Positions 18,523 to 27,591 of a stretch of 64,000 bases of DNA are shown here, piece after piece. Positions within the stretch are counted from its first letter, which is position 1, and each line of letters starts with the position of its first letter. Origin of the DNA: Bacteroidota bacterium (GTDB lineage: Bacteria > Bacteroidota > Bacteroidia > NS11-12g > UBA955); NCBI GenBank assembly GCA_024103355.1, contig JAGFIU010000043.1, positions 2,102-66,101 on the forward strand, in the 5' to 3' direction. The translations under genes were made by a program, and so were the position numbers. A model generated the notes under the pieces. That model was given only the letters and a program-made list of their open reading frames with translations, did no database searches and was not told where the DNA came from.

Positions 18523-20343
18523 TTATTTAATTTGTGAAATAATATCATCAGCGGTAATTGGCATACCGTTATAATTTAAAACAGGAATCAATTTATTTGG
18601 ATTTATACCCATCTCAATCATCATCAGGCTGCGCAGTTGTGCATCGCGGTTTTGTTCTACTACATAAATTTTATCATGGGAATTAACAAACTCTTCTACT
18701 GACTTACTAAACGGAAAAGATTTGATTCGCATAGCATCCATTACCATTCCCTGTTTTTGGAGAATATGCATAGCCTCTTCTGCGGCATAAATTGAAGTGC
18801 CATAAAAGACAATCGCTGTTGCGCTTTTCTTTTCATCCTGATAGAAATGTGGCGCGGGCACCATCTCCTTTGCTGTATTAAATTTAACTAACAGCCTATC
18901 CATATTCTTCTTATAGGAATCTGAATCCTCGGTATATTTTGCATATTCGTTTTTGGATGTTCCTCTGGTAAAATATGAGCCTTTTGTAGGATGAGTTCCC
19001 GGATACGTTCTATAGGGTATCCCGTCTCCATCCACATCAAGGTAACGTCCAAAATTTTCAATTTTTTCCAAATCTTGAGCAGAGAGGACTTTGCCACGTT
19101 TAAATGTTCTGTTATCGTCCCATTTCAAAGGTTCTGACATGTGGTCATTCATACCCAAATCAAGGTCAGAGAGCAGAAGGATTGGTGTTTGTAATTGTTC
19201 TGCAAGGTCAAATGATTCTGCGGTAAAATCAAAGCACTCTTTCGGAGTAGATGGGAATAAAACAATATGCTTGGTATCTCCATGAGAAGCATAAGCTGCT
19301 TCCATCACATCACTTTGTTGTGTACGTGTTGGCATTCCTGTGGAAGGCCCTGTGCGTTGTATGTCAATCAACACTACCGGTATTTCGGCAAAATAAGCTA
19401 AACCCAAAAATTCGTTCATCAAAGAAACGCCCGGACCGCTGGTTGCAGTGAACGAACGTGCACCATTCCATCCTGCTCCGATAGCCATCCCGATTGCGGA
19501 TAATTCATCTTCTGCCTGAACAAAAGCATAATTCTTTTTTCCGGTTATGGGGTCAATGCGAAATTTGGAAGCGTATTCATTAAATGCTTCGGGTGTAGAA
19601 GTAGAAGGGGTTATTGGATACCATGCACAAACCGTTGCTCCTCCATAGACAGCTCCTATTCCGCAAGCGGTATTGCCATCAATCATAATAGAATCTTTAA
19701 CCAAATCTCTTCTTTCAACCCGCATATTCAATGGAAATTCAAAATGTTCTTTAACATAATCCACACCCATTTGTAATGCTTTTATATTGGGAGATATCAG
19801 TTTTTCTTTCCCTTTAAACTGAGATTGAAGGACATTTTCCAAAGCAGTAAACTCAATGTTCAGCAAAGCAGAAAGCGCTCCCACATAAATCACATTTTTA
19901 AAAAGCTGTCTTTGGCGTGGGTCTGTAAAAGCAGCGTTGGACATATCCATTAGCGGTATTCCAAAATAGGTAATATCTTCACGGATGAACTCATCATGCA
20001 AATGCTTAGAACTGTCATAGAGAAAATATCCTCCCGGCTTAACACAAGCAACGTCTTGATGCATACTTTGAGGGTTCATACAAACCATAAAGTCTACTCC
20101 TTCTCGCCTGCCCAACCAACCGTTTTCATTAACTCTGACTTCATACCAAGTGGGAAGTCCTTGAATATTGGAAGGAAAAATATTTTTGGGTGTTACCGGA
20201 ACCCCCATTCTAAAAATTGCTTTTGTAAAAAGAAAATTTGCACTTGCAGACCCTGTTCCATTCACATTTGCAAAGCGGATAACAAAATCGTTAACTTTTG
20301 TTGTGCCGGTCTTATCTGCTGCTAAAGCTTGAGATTCGAGCAT
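18523..20343 (-). CDS. 2-oxoacid:ferredoxin oxidoreductase alpha subunit, second paralog
   Basis: 606 aa with the same domain order as the 3175..5040 product (GPGVSLMNEFLGLAYFAEIPVVLI). Confidence 0.8.
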   Translation of the reverse strand: MLESQALAADKTGTTKVNDFVIRFANVNGTGSASANFLFTKAIFRMGVPVTPKNIFPSNIQGLPTWYEVRVNENGWLGRREGVDFMVCMNPQSMHQDVACVKPGGYFLYDSSKHLHDEFIREDITYFGIPLMDMSNAAFTDPRQRQLFKNVIYVGALSALLNIEFTALENVLQSQFKGKEKLISPNIKALQMGVDYVKEHFEFPLNMRVERRDLVKDSIMIDGNTACGIGAVYGGATVCAWYPITPSTSTPEAFNEYASKFRIDPITGKKNYAFVQAEDELSAIGMAIGAGWNGARSFTATSGPGVSLMNEFLGLAYFAEIPVVLIDIQRTGPSTGMPTRTQQSDVMEAAYASHGDTKHIVLFPSTPKECFDFTAESFDLAEQLQTPILLLSDLDLGMNDHMSEPLKWDDNRTFKRGKVLSAQDLEKIENFGRYLDVDGDGIPYRTYPGTHPTKGSYFTRGTSKNEYAKYTEDSDSYKKNMDRLLVKFNTAKEMVPAPHFYQDEKKSATAIVFYGTSIYAAEEAMHILQKQGMVMDAMRIKSFPFSKSVEEFVNSHDKIYVVEQNRDAQLRSLMMIEMGINPNKLIPVLNYNGMPITADDIISQIK

Positions 20344-20393
20344 ATATATTGTCTAAAATAATTGTTTCTAATAAGTTTAAGATAGTCTTTGAT

Positions 20394-22211
20394 TTAATAA
20401 ATTACTGTAGGCGGCAGTCCGTCTTCGCCCATATTATGTGCTTTTGTCACATTATAATAAAACTGCTTCATGTCCCAAGCTGAAGTAGGGCAACGCTCCG
20501 CACATAATCCACAATGCAGACAGACGTTTTCATCTTTGACCATGATTCTACCTGTTTTTACTTTGTCTGACACATAAAGACTTTGGTCAGTATTTAATGC
20601 GGGCATTGTCAACTTAGCGCGCATTTCTCCTTCGTCCTCTTCATTGAAGGTAAATGTAATACAATCCGTAGGGCAGACATCTACACAAGCATCACACTCA
20701 ATACATAAGTTTTCTTCAAAAACTGTTTGCATATCACAGTTGAGACAACGTTCTGCTTCTTTGAATGCTTCTAATTCATCAAAACCCAACTCCACTTCTT
20801 TTTTAATATTATTTAGCGTCTCAGACTTGTCTGCTTGTGGTACGATATATCTTTTGTCATTCACAACCTGACTATCATAACTCCATTCATGAATACCCAT
20901 CTTCATACTGTGCAGATTCACAAATGGAGACGGTCTGTCTTGTTTAATATTTAGACCTTCACACAACAGATGTATGGAAATAGCAACTTGATGTCCTTGG
21001 GCAACAGAGGTAATAATATTTTTAGGACCTAAAGAAGCATCACCGCCAAAAAAGACTTTTGGATGTGTTGAGGCAAAAGTTTTGGCATCCAAAATCGGCA
21101 TTCCCCATTCATTAAATTCTATTCCCAAATCACGTTCAATCCAGGGAAAGCTATTTTCCTGACCTATCGCCACTATGGCATCATCTGCTTCAAAAAAAAC
21201 ATCGGGCTCTCCGGTTGGTATTAATTTTCTTTTTCCTGTATCATCATAAACAGCCTTTACTTTTTCAAACATCATTCCCTGCAATTTTCCATCTTTTACT
21301 ACAAAGGATTTGGGAACATGATTATCAAAAATAGGGATATCTTCATGTAGTGCATCTTCAATTTCCCACTCTGAAGCTTTCATTTCAGATTTCGGACTTC
21401 TAACCACAACCTTTACATCCGTTCCGCCCAATCTTCTTGCAGTTCGGCAGCAATCCATTGCGGTATTTCCTCCACCCAAAACCAAAACTCTTTTTCCTAT
21501 TGATTTTGTATGTTCAAAAGCCACACTTGCGAGCCAATTGATACCCACATGAATATTTTCTTTGGCATCCCATCTCCCTGGCAAGTCGGGCAAATCGCGT
21601 CCTCTGGGAGCACCCGTACCTACATAAATAGCGTCATAATCTTTTTCAAGCATCTCTTTCATTGAAGACACATAATGATTAAAATGGGTATGGATACCTA
21701 AATCAAGAATATATCCAACCTCCTCGTCCAACACTTCATCCGGCAGTCTGAAAGAAGGAATTTGGCTGCGCATAAATCCTCCGCCTTTTGATTGGTCATC
21801 AAAGAGATGAATTTCATAACCAATTGGTGCGAGGTCTCGAGCAACGGTCAAAGAAGACGGACCTCCTCCAATCAACGCAATTTTTTTCCCGTTAGGTGGA
21901 AACGGGCCCTGAGGCATCATTCTTTTTACATCCTCCTTGTGGTCAGCTGCCACTCTTTTGAGTCTGCAAATTGCAACAGGCTTTTCTTCAACACGTCCAC
22001 GTCTGCATGCAGGTTCACATGGCCTATCACAAGTTCTGCCCAAAATCCCGGGAAACACATTGGAATCCCAGTTTACCATATAGGATTCACTGTAACGCCC
22101 TTGGGCAATCAGTCTTAAATACTGAGGAATCGGAGTGTGCGATGGACAAGCATATTGGCAATCCACCACTTTATGAAAGTATTCTGGATTCTTGGTATCA
22201 GTAGGTTTCAT
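20394..22211 (-). CDS. GltD-family NAD(P)H-dependent FAD/Fe-S oxidoreductase with a C-terminal 2x[4Fe-4S] ferredoxin domain
   Basis: 605 aa. The N-terminus has GltD-type Cys clusters (CPSHTP..CDRPCEPAC) and a Rossmann motif (IALIGGGPSSLTVARDLA). The C-terminus has CIECDACVDVCP and CLHCGLCAERCP. It lies 50 bp upstream of the second korA paralog on the same strand. Confidence 0.65.
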   Translation of the reverse strand: MKPTDTKNPEYFHKVVDCQYACPSHTPIPQYLRLIAQGRYSESYMVNWDSNVFPGILGRTCDRPCEPACRRGRVEEKPVAICRLKRVAADHKEDVKRMMPQGPFPPNGKKIALIGGGPSSLTVARDLAPIGYEIHLFDDQSKGGGFMRSQIPSFRLPDEVLDEEVGYILDLGIHTHFNHYVSSMKEMLEKDYDAIYVGTGAPRGRDLPDLPGRWDAKENIHVGINWLASVAFEHTKSIGKRVLVLGGGNTAMDCCRTARRLGGTDVKVVVRSPKSEMKASEWEIEDALHEDIPIFDNHVPKSFVVKDGKLQGMMFEKVKAVYDDTGKRKLIPTGEPDVFFEADDAIVAIGQENSFPWIERDLGIEFNEWGMPILDAKTFASTHPKVFFGGDASLGPKNIITSVAQGHQVAISIHLLCEGLNIKQDRPSPFVNLHSMKMGIHEWSYDSQVVNDKRYIVPQADKSETLNNIKKEVELGFDELEAFKEAERCLNCDMQTVFEENLCIECDACVDVCPTDCITFTFNEEDEGEMRAKLTMPALNTDQSLYVSDKVKTGRIMVKDENVCLHCGLCAERCPTSAWDMKQFYYNVTKAHNMGEDGLPPTVIY

Positions 22212-22551
22212 TGATTCAAATAAGTTTTGATTGGGTATTTCTTCTCAAGCATTCTAATAATTTACTTGGCAAATATATCAATATAATAATCTGACAAAAT
22301 CAAATTACAAACCCTGCCCTGAATTTAGAATCAAAACAAATAGAATATAAGGATTTCCGCAAACAAATCATAATACATTGATTAACAAACAATAAAATCA
22401 ATTACAAAAAAAGAATTAAACCCCTCATATTCAATAGTATTTAAGCAAAATAAGAAATCAACTAAATGGACACACCCTCGTTAATGCAAAACAGGTTGAT
22501 AAAATCCGTCATTGGAGTGGCATCGTACTCTCAAAGTAACCATTTAAGTAA

Positions 22552-22559
22552 TATATTTG
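22552..22559 (+). promoter_or_regulatory. Candidate Bacteroidota sigma-A -7 element (TAnnTTTG) for the GAPDH-like/gld operon
   Basis: The sequence tatatttg lies about 35 nt upstream of the 22594 start. No clear -33 TTG partner was found. Confidence 0.3.
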
Positions 22560-22593
22560 CGGCCATCTAAAATACTTAAAAAATCAAAACAAT

Positions 22594-24033
22594 ATGGCGT
22601 ACGAACAAGACTTGCAAGAGTGGATAAAAGCAGAAAAAGCGGCAATCGAACTCATACATGTAACCGGCAATTTATGGTTTGAGAAATCTGTAGAATTGGT
22701 AATATTCCGTAATCAGGTAGTTGACCGGAGTGCCAGTCAAATTCTAAGTTTAATTCAATATGCAAAAGAGATTGTAAAGAAACCAATAAATATCTTTGAC
22801 GCTCTGCTTGTTGCAAAAGAAATGCTTTCCTTCGAGTTATCCCCTTCACGTATTGACCTCGGAAGACTTACTTATGAATGGTTTCTCGAAAGAGAAAAGT
22901 ATGGTAATATAAAAGAATTTGTATCTGACAAATTAGCAACCTTCATTGGGAAGGACAAGAAAAATTTAGTCCCAAAAGATGTGGTTCTGTATGGGTTTGG
23001 TCGAATCGGTCGTATTCTTGCCCGTGAATTTATTATTCAAGCAGGTAAGGGAGAACAACTTAGACTTCGCGCTATAGTTACACGAGATAAAACAGATGAG
23101 GATTTAATCAAACGTGCAGCATTATTGCGCACAGACAGCGTACATGGCCCTTTCCCAGGAACAATTATTGAAGATATTCAAAATCGTACTCTGATTATCA
23201 ATGGCCATACCGTTCACATGATTTCTGCCAAAACTCCGGAAGAAATTGATTATACAAAATACGGAATCAATAATGCACTACTAATAGACAATACCGGTGT
23301 GGCAAGGGACAGAGAGGGTTTGAGCAAGCACTTATTATCAAAGGGTATCGACAAAGTATTGTTGACAGCACCCGGGAAAGGCGACATTCCCAATATTGTT
23401 TATGGAATCAACCATGCAAACCATGTCAAAGATGAGCGAATATTCTCTGCTGCATCATGCACAACCAACGCAATCGTGCCTATTCTTGCTGTTGTAAACA
23501 ACACATTAGGTATTGAACGCGGACACATTGAAACTGTCCATGCCTATACAAATGACCAAAACTTGTTAGATAATTACCATAAAAAATACAGAAGAGGTCG
23601 CTCAGCAGTGCTCAACCTTGTTATTACAGAGACAGGTGCTGCAAAAGCAGTTTCTAAGGCAATACCTGAACTCGAAGGCAAATTAACCGGTAATGCAGTA
23701 AGAGTGCCTACCCCAGATGTGTCTTTGGCAATACTTAACCTTACATTAAACAAGACAACAGACAAAGAAAGCATCAACGGGATTTTGAAAGATGCAGCAT
23801 TAAAAGGTGATTTAGTAGAACAGATTCTTTATTCATACAGCAATGAGTTGGTTAGTTCAGACCTTGTTGGCTGCCCACAAACAAGTATTGTTGACAGTCC
23901 TGCCACACTGATTAGCAAAGATGGCAAGAATGTAGTGCTCTATATATGGTATGACAACGAATACGGATATAGCCGACAAGTGGTTAGATTAGCAAAATAT
24001 CTATCCAATGTTATTCGTCTGACATACTATTAA
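22594..24033 (+). CDS. GAPDH-family NAD(P)-dependent dehydrogenase, long form with an extra N-terminal domain of about 120 aa
   Basis: 479 aa. It has a Rossmann motif (LYGFGRIGRILAREF) and the catalytic SCTTN signature (SAASCTTNAIVPIL). The GAPDH-like core is preceded by an unrecognised extension of about 120 aa. Confidence 0.7.
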   Translation: MAYEQDLQEWIKAEKAAIELIHVTGNLWFEKSVELVIFRNQVVDRSASQILSLIQYAKEIVKKPINIFDALLVAKEMLSFELSPSRIDLGRLTYEWFLEREKYGNIKEFVSDKLATFIGKDKKNLVPKDVVLYGFGRIGRILAREFIIQAGKGEQLRLRAIVTRDKTDEDLIKRAALLRTDSVHGPFPGTIIEDIQNRTLIINGHTVHMISAKTPEEIDYTKYGINNALLIDNTGVARDREGLSKHLLSKGIDKVLLTAPGKGDIPNIVYGINHANHVKDERIFSAASCTTNAIVPILAVVNNTLGIERGHIETVHAYTNDQNLLDNYHKKYRRGRSAVLNLVITETGAAKAVSKAIPELEGKLTGNAVRVPTPDVSLAILNLTLNKTTDKESINGILKDAALKGDLVEQILYSYSNELVSSDLVGCPQTSIVDSPATLISKDGKNVVLYIWYDNEYGYSRQVVRLAKYLSNVIRLTYY

Positions 24034-24049
24034 AAGTCATTCTATTATT

Positions 24050-24973
24050 ATGACAATCCGAGTCGAGAACCTGACTAAGATATATGGACCCCAAAAAGCG
24101 GTTGATAATATCAGTTTTGAGCTTAAGAAAGGCCAAATAGTAGGTTTTTTAGGACCTAATGGAGCAGGCAAAAGCACCACAATGAAAATGCTTACAGGCT
24201 TTATTCCTCCCAGTTCGGGAAATGCCTATATTGACAATATCAATGTGGAAGAACAACCTCTGATAACCCGCTCAAGGATTGGTTATTTACCCGAGCACAA
24301 CCCGCTTTACTTGGATATGTATATACGGGAGTATCTGCGTTTTATGGCGGAGATAAACAACGTGAAAAATCCCAAAAAGAGAACGGAGGAATTGATAGAA
24401 CTCACGGGTTTAACCTTGGAGAGGAAAAAGAAAATAGGACAACTCTCAAAAGGATATCGCCAGCGTGTGGGATTGGCACAAGCATTGATTCATAACCCTG
24501 ATGTATTAATCTTGGATGAACCAACTTCAGGCTTAGACCCCAATCAAATCGGAGAAATCAGAAAACTCATTCTGGAAATCGGTTCAGAGAAAACAGTTTT
24601 ACTTTCTACTCATATAATGCAAGAGGTAGAAGCGATTTGTCAAAGGACAATCATCATAAACCGAGGTAAGATTGTGGCAGATGCAGCAACAACTGAATTG
24701 GGCAAGAGAAATGATACAGATATTGTTATTTATGTTGAGTTTTCCAAAGAGATTTCAGAGTCAGACTTGCGCAAGATTCCCGAAGTAAAAAATGTTTCCA
24801 AAGGCTCTCAACCCAATTCATGGCATATCAATACTACCGAATCTCAGTCATGTAAAATTGCTCTCAATAAACTGATAGCAGGTGTTGGCGGGTATATTTT
24901 AGAACAGAAAGAAGAAAAACAAAGTTTAGAAGATATTTTCCAAAAACTAACTCGGAATGTGGACGATTTATAA
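24050..24973 (+). CDS. gldA: ABC transporter ATP-binding protein, GldA-like (gliding motility)
   Basis: 307 aa with Walker A (GPNGAGKST), the signature LSKGYRQR and Walker B (LILDEP). It is collinear with gldF/gldG-like genes through overlapping stop/start codons. Confidence 0.65.
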   Translation: MTIRVENLTKIYGPQKAVDNISFELKKGQIVGFLGPNGAGKSTTMKMLTGFIPPSSGNAYIDNINVEEQPLITRSRIGYLPEHNPLYLDMYIREYLRFMAEINNVKNPKKRTEELIELTGLTLERKKKIGQLSKGYRQRVGLAQALIHNPDVLILDEPTSGLDPNQIGEIRKLILEIGSEKTVLLSTHIMQEVEAICQRTIIINRGKIVADAATTELGKRNDTDIVIYVEFSKEISESDLRKIPEVKNVSKGSQPNSWHINTTESQSCKIALNKLIAGVGGYILEQKEEKQSLEDIFQKLTRNVDDL

Positions 24974-25691
24974 AAAAGAAATCAGAAGTTTTTTAAGCTC
25001 ACTCATTGCTTATGTAGTGATTGCAGTCTTTTTAATTGTAACCGGTATGTTCACTTGGTTGTTCAAAGACACCAGCGTTCTAGACAGTGGCTATGCAAAC
25101 CTTGACCCACTGTTTTCGATCGCACCGATTATTTTTATCTTTTTGGTTTCAGCAATTACCATGCGTAGTTTTTCTGAAGAGCGCAAGAGCGGCACTATTG
25201 AAACTCTGACCACAAGACCTGTTTCAGATATGTCAATCATAATGGGTAAATATTTTGCAGGACTAACCTTGGTATTATTTTCCATACTTCCAACCCTGCT
25301 CTATTATTACTCCGTAAACAAATTATCTATTAATCCCGAACAGACCGGTATTGACAAAGGAGCAACCTTAGGTTCCTATATCGGCTTATTATTACTTGGG
25401 GCGGTATATGTAGCTATTGGCACATTTGCCTCTGCATTGAGCGACAATCAGATTATTGCCTTTTTATTGTCAATGTTCCTATGCTTCTTTTTCTTCATTG
25501 CATTTGACTTTCTTTCGGATTTAGAGTTTTTGAAAAACTCTGATTTTTCAACAGAATGGCTCGGTATCAACTACCACTATCGTTCAATCAGTAAAGGAGT
25601 AGCAGACACCAGAGATTTAATTTACTTTCTGTCTTTGACCATTTTATTTCTTGGTTTCACTAAATTTATTTTTGGCAGCCGTAAGTGGTAA
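24957..25691 (+). CDS. gldF: ABC-2 type permease, GldF-like
   Basis: 244-aa six-TM ABC-2 permease. It overlaps gldA by 17 nt and gldG by 7 nt. Confidence 0.6.
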   Translation: MWTIYKKEIRSFLSSLIAYVVIAVFLIVTGMFTWLFKDTSVLDSGYANLDPLFSIAPIIFIFLVSAITMRSFSEERKSGTIETLTTRPVSDMSIIMGKYFAGLTLVLFSILPTLLYYYSVNKLSINPEQTGIDKGATLGSYIGLLLLGAVYVAIGTFASALSDNQIIAFLLSMFLCFFFFIAFDFLSDLEFLKNSDFSTEWLGINYHYRSISKGVADTRDLIYFLSLTILFLGFTKFIFGSRKW

Positions 25692-27484
25692 TCAATATGA
25701 GTAAGAAAAGAACACATCGAATTAAGAGTTTAATTGACCTTACGATTGTAATTGCAATCGTTGTGATTGCAAACCTTCTTTCTGCACAGTATTATACCAA
25801 GTTTGACCTTACCAAAGAGAAGCGATACACCTTGAGTGAAACATCCAAAAAACTTGCTAAGAGTGTAAATGACTATATATACATCAAAGTGTATTTGAAT
25901 GGAGAGTTAAGTTCAAAGTTTAAACAACTCAAAAATGCCACATTGGACATGCTGACAAACTTTAGGGAAGCATCCGGGAACAAGATTGAATATGAATTTA
26001 TTGACCCATTTGCAGGCAAGGACAACAAAGAGAAGCAGCAGATTCTACAAGATTTTGAACAAAAAGGCATTCCTCCGTACGATGATGTTGATGATGAAGA
26101 TATAGAATCACAAAAGCGCAATTTGATTATTCCGGGTGCTGAAGTATTTTACGGGACAGGAAAGAGTTTTGTAATCAATCTTCTCAAGACCGAATTGGGA
26201 CAAGCCAATGAAGAAAACATCAACCAATCCATTGAAAATCTAGAATACGAAATAGCACATGCCATTCGCAAATGTAAGGCAGACCAAAGTAAACGTATTG
26301 GATTTATAATAGGTCACGGAGAATTGAACGAACTACAACTGTACGATCTTAAAAAAGAGCTTGGCAGTTTTTATCGTTTGGACAATCTCAATATTGACCT
26401 TCGAGATTCAGCAGCCATTGCACTCTATGCAGACAAATTCACTGAAAATGATGAAGAGAATGCAAAGATTATCCTAAGCGGTTTGCAGAATCGTATTAAT
26501 CAATATGATGCAATTGTAGTTGCCAAGCCCCGTGTCGATTTGACACGTGAAGAAGCATTTCTAATTGACCAGTACATGATGCAAGGTGGCAAAAGCCTAT
26601 GGTTTATTGATGCACTACAAGCTGAAATGGATTCAATGAGCAAAACCGGCAGAATGGTTGCCGTTGATTACCCTTTAGAAAACCTGCGAGAGTTGCTTTT
26701 TCACTACGGAGTTAGAGTGAATGTGGATTTACTGCAAGATCTTCGTCGTTGTAATGACATTGCATTACGCGATCCATATTCCGCCAATAGCTATCGCAAT
26801 TTCCCATGGGTATATTTCCCTGTATTTACCGCACATCCGACATTATCCAAACATCCTATTAACCGTAATATCGAAGGAGTTTGGTCTCAATTTGGTGGAA
26901 CGATTAAGATATTAAACAAGGACAACATAAAGGCAACACCCCTGCTCATTAGTTCTGATTTAACTAAAATTTCCAATGCACCTGCACTCGTTGAGTTCAG
27001 TATTATTGATAAAATACGGATGAATGACAGAACCTTTTTAGCAACTTTTAATTCAGGGCCTCAGGTTGCAGGGGTTTTGTTAGAAGGTACATTCAAAACA
27101 GCCTTTGCACGCAGAAATGTCCGGTCCGATTTACCATTTATAGAAAGTGGAAAAGGCAGTATTATCGTTATTGCAGATGGAGATATTGCCAGGAATCATG
27201 TCAGCAGCCAAGGGGGGTATCTTGAACTTGGAAAGGATTTTATTACAGGAAGATTTTTTGGAAATAAAAAATTCTTGTTGAACTGTTTCGATTACTTACT
27301 TGATGATTCCGGATTAATCGAAATACGCTCTAAAGAAATCATACTGCGTTTGCTTGACAAAGAAAAAGTGAAAGAGGAGCGAACCTATTGGCAATTTTTT
27401 AATCTCGGGTTTCCGGTATTATTAATTCTCTTATTTGGGGTTGTTAATGCCTTGTTGAGAAGAAGAAAATATGCGCACACTTAG
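25685..27484 (+). CDS. gldG: GldG-like ABC-associated gliding motility auxiliary protein
   Basis: 599 aa with an N-terminal TM, a large extracytoplasmic domain and a C-terminal TM (..GFPVLLILLFGVVNALLRRRK). The size and topology match GldG. Confidence 0.6.
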   Translation: MVINMSKKRTHRIKSLIDLTIVIAIVVIANLLSAQYYTKFDLTKEKRYTLSETSKKLAKSVNDYIYIKVYLNGELSSKFKQLKNATLDMLTNFREASGNKIEYEFIDPFAGKDNKEKQQILQDFEQKGIPPYDDVDDEDIESQKRNLIIPGAEVFYGTGKSFVINLLKTELGQANEENINQSIENLEYEIAHAIRKCKADQSKRIGFIIGHGELNELQLYDLKKELGSFYRLDNLNIDLRDSAAIALYADKFTENDEENAKIILSGLQNRINQYDAIVVAKPRVDLTREEAFLIDQYMMQGGKSLWFIDALQAEMDSMSKTGRMVAVDYPLENLRELLFHYGVRVNVDLLQDLRRCNDIALRDPYSANSYRNFPWVYFPVFTAHPTLSKHPINRNIEGVWSQFGGTIKILNKDNIKATPLLISSDLTKISNAPALVEFSIIDKIRMNDRTFLATFNSGPQVAGVLLEGTFKTAFARRNVRSDLPFIESGKGSIIVIADGDIARNHVSSQGGYLELGKDFITGRFFGNKKFLLNCFDYLLDDSGLIEIRSKEIILRLLDKEKVKEERTYWQFFNLGFPVLLILLFGVVNALLRRRKYAHT

Positions 27485-27591
27485 ATTCTTGCCATATTTA
27501 TTCCAAATACTTTTAGGTTTCCACTCTTAGATAGAACTATATTTCCAATTACAAGTAGAGTTTGATGACCAAAATTGATTTTTAATACAAA

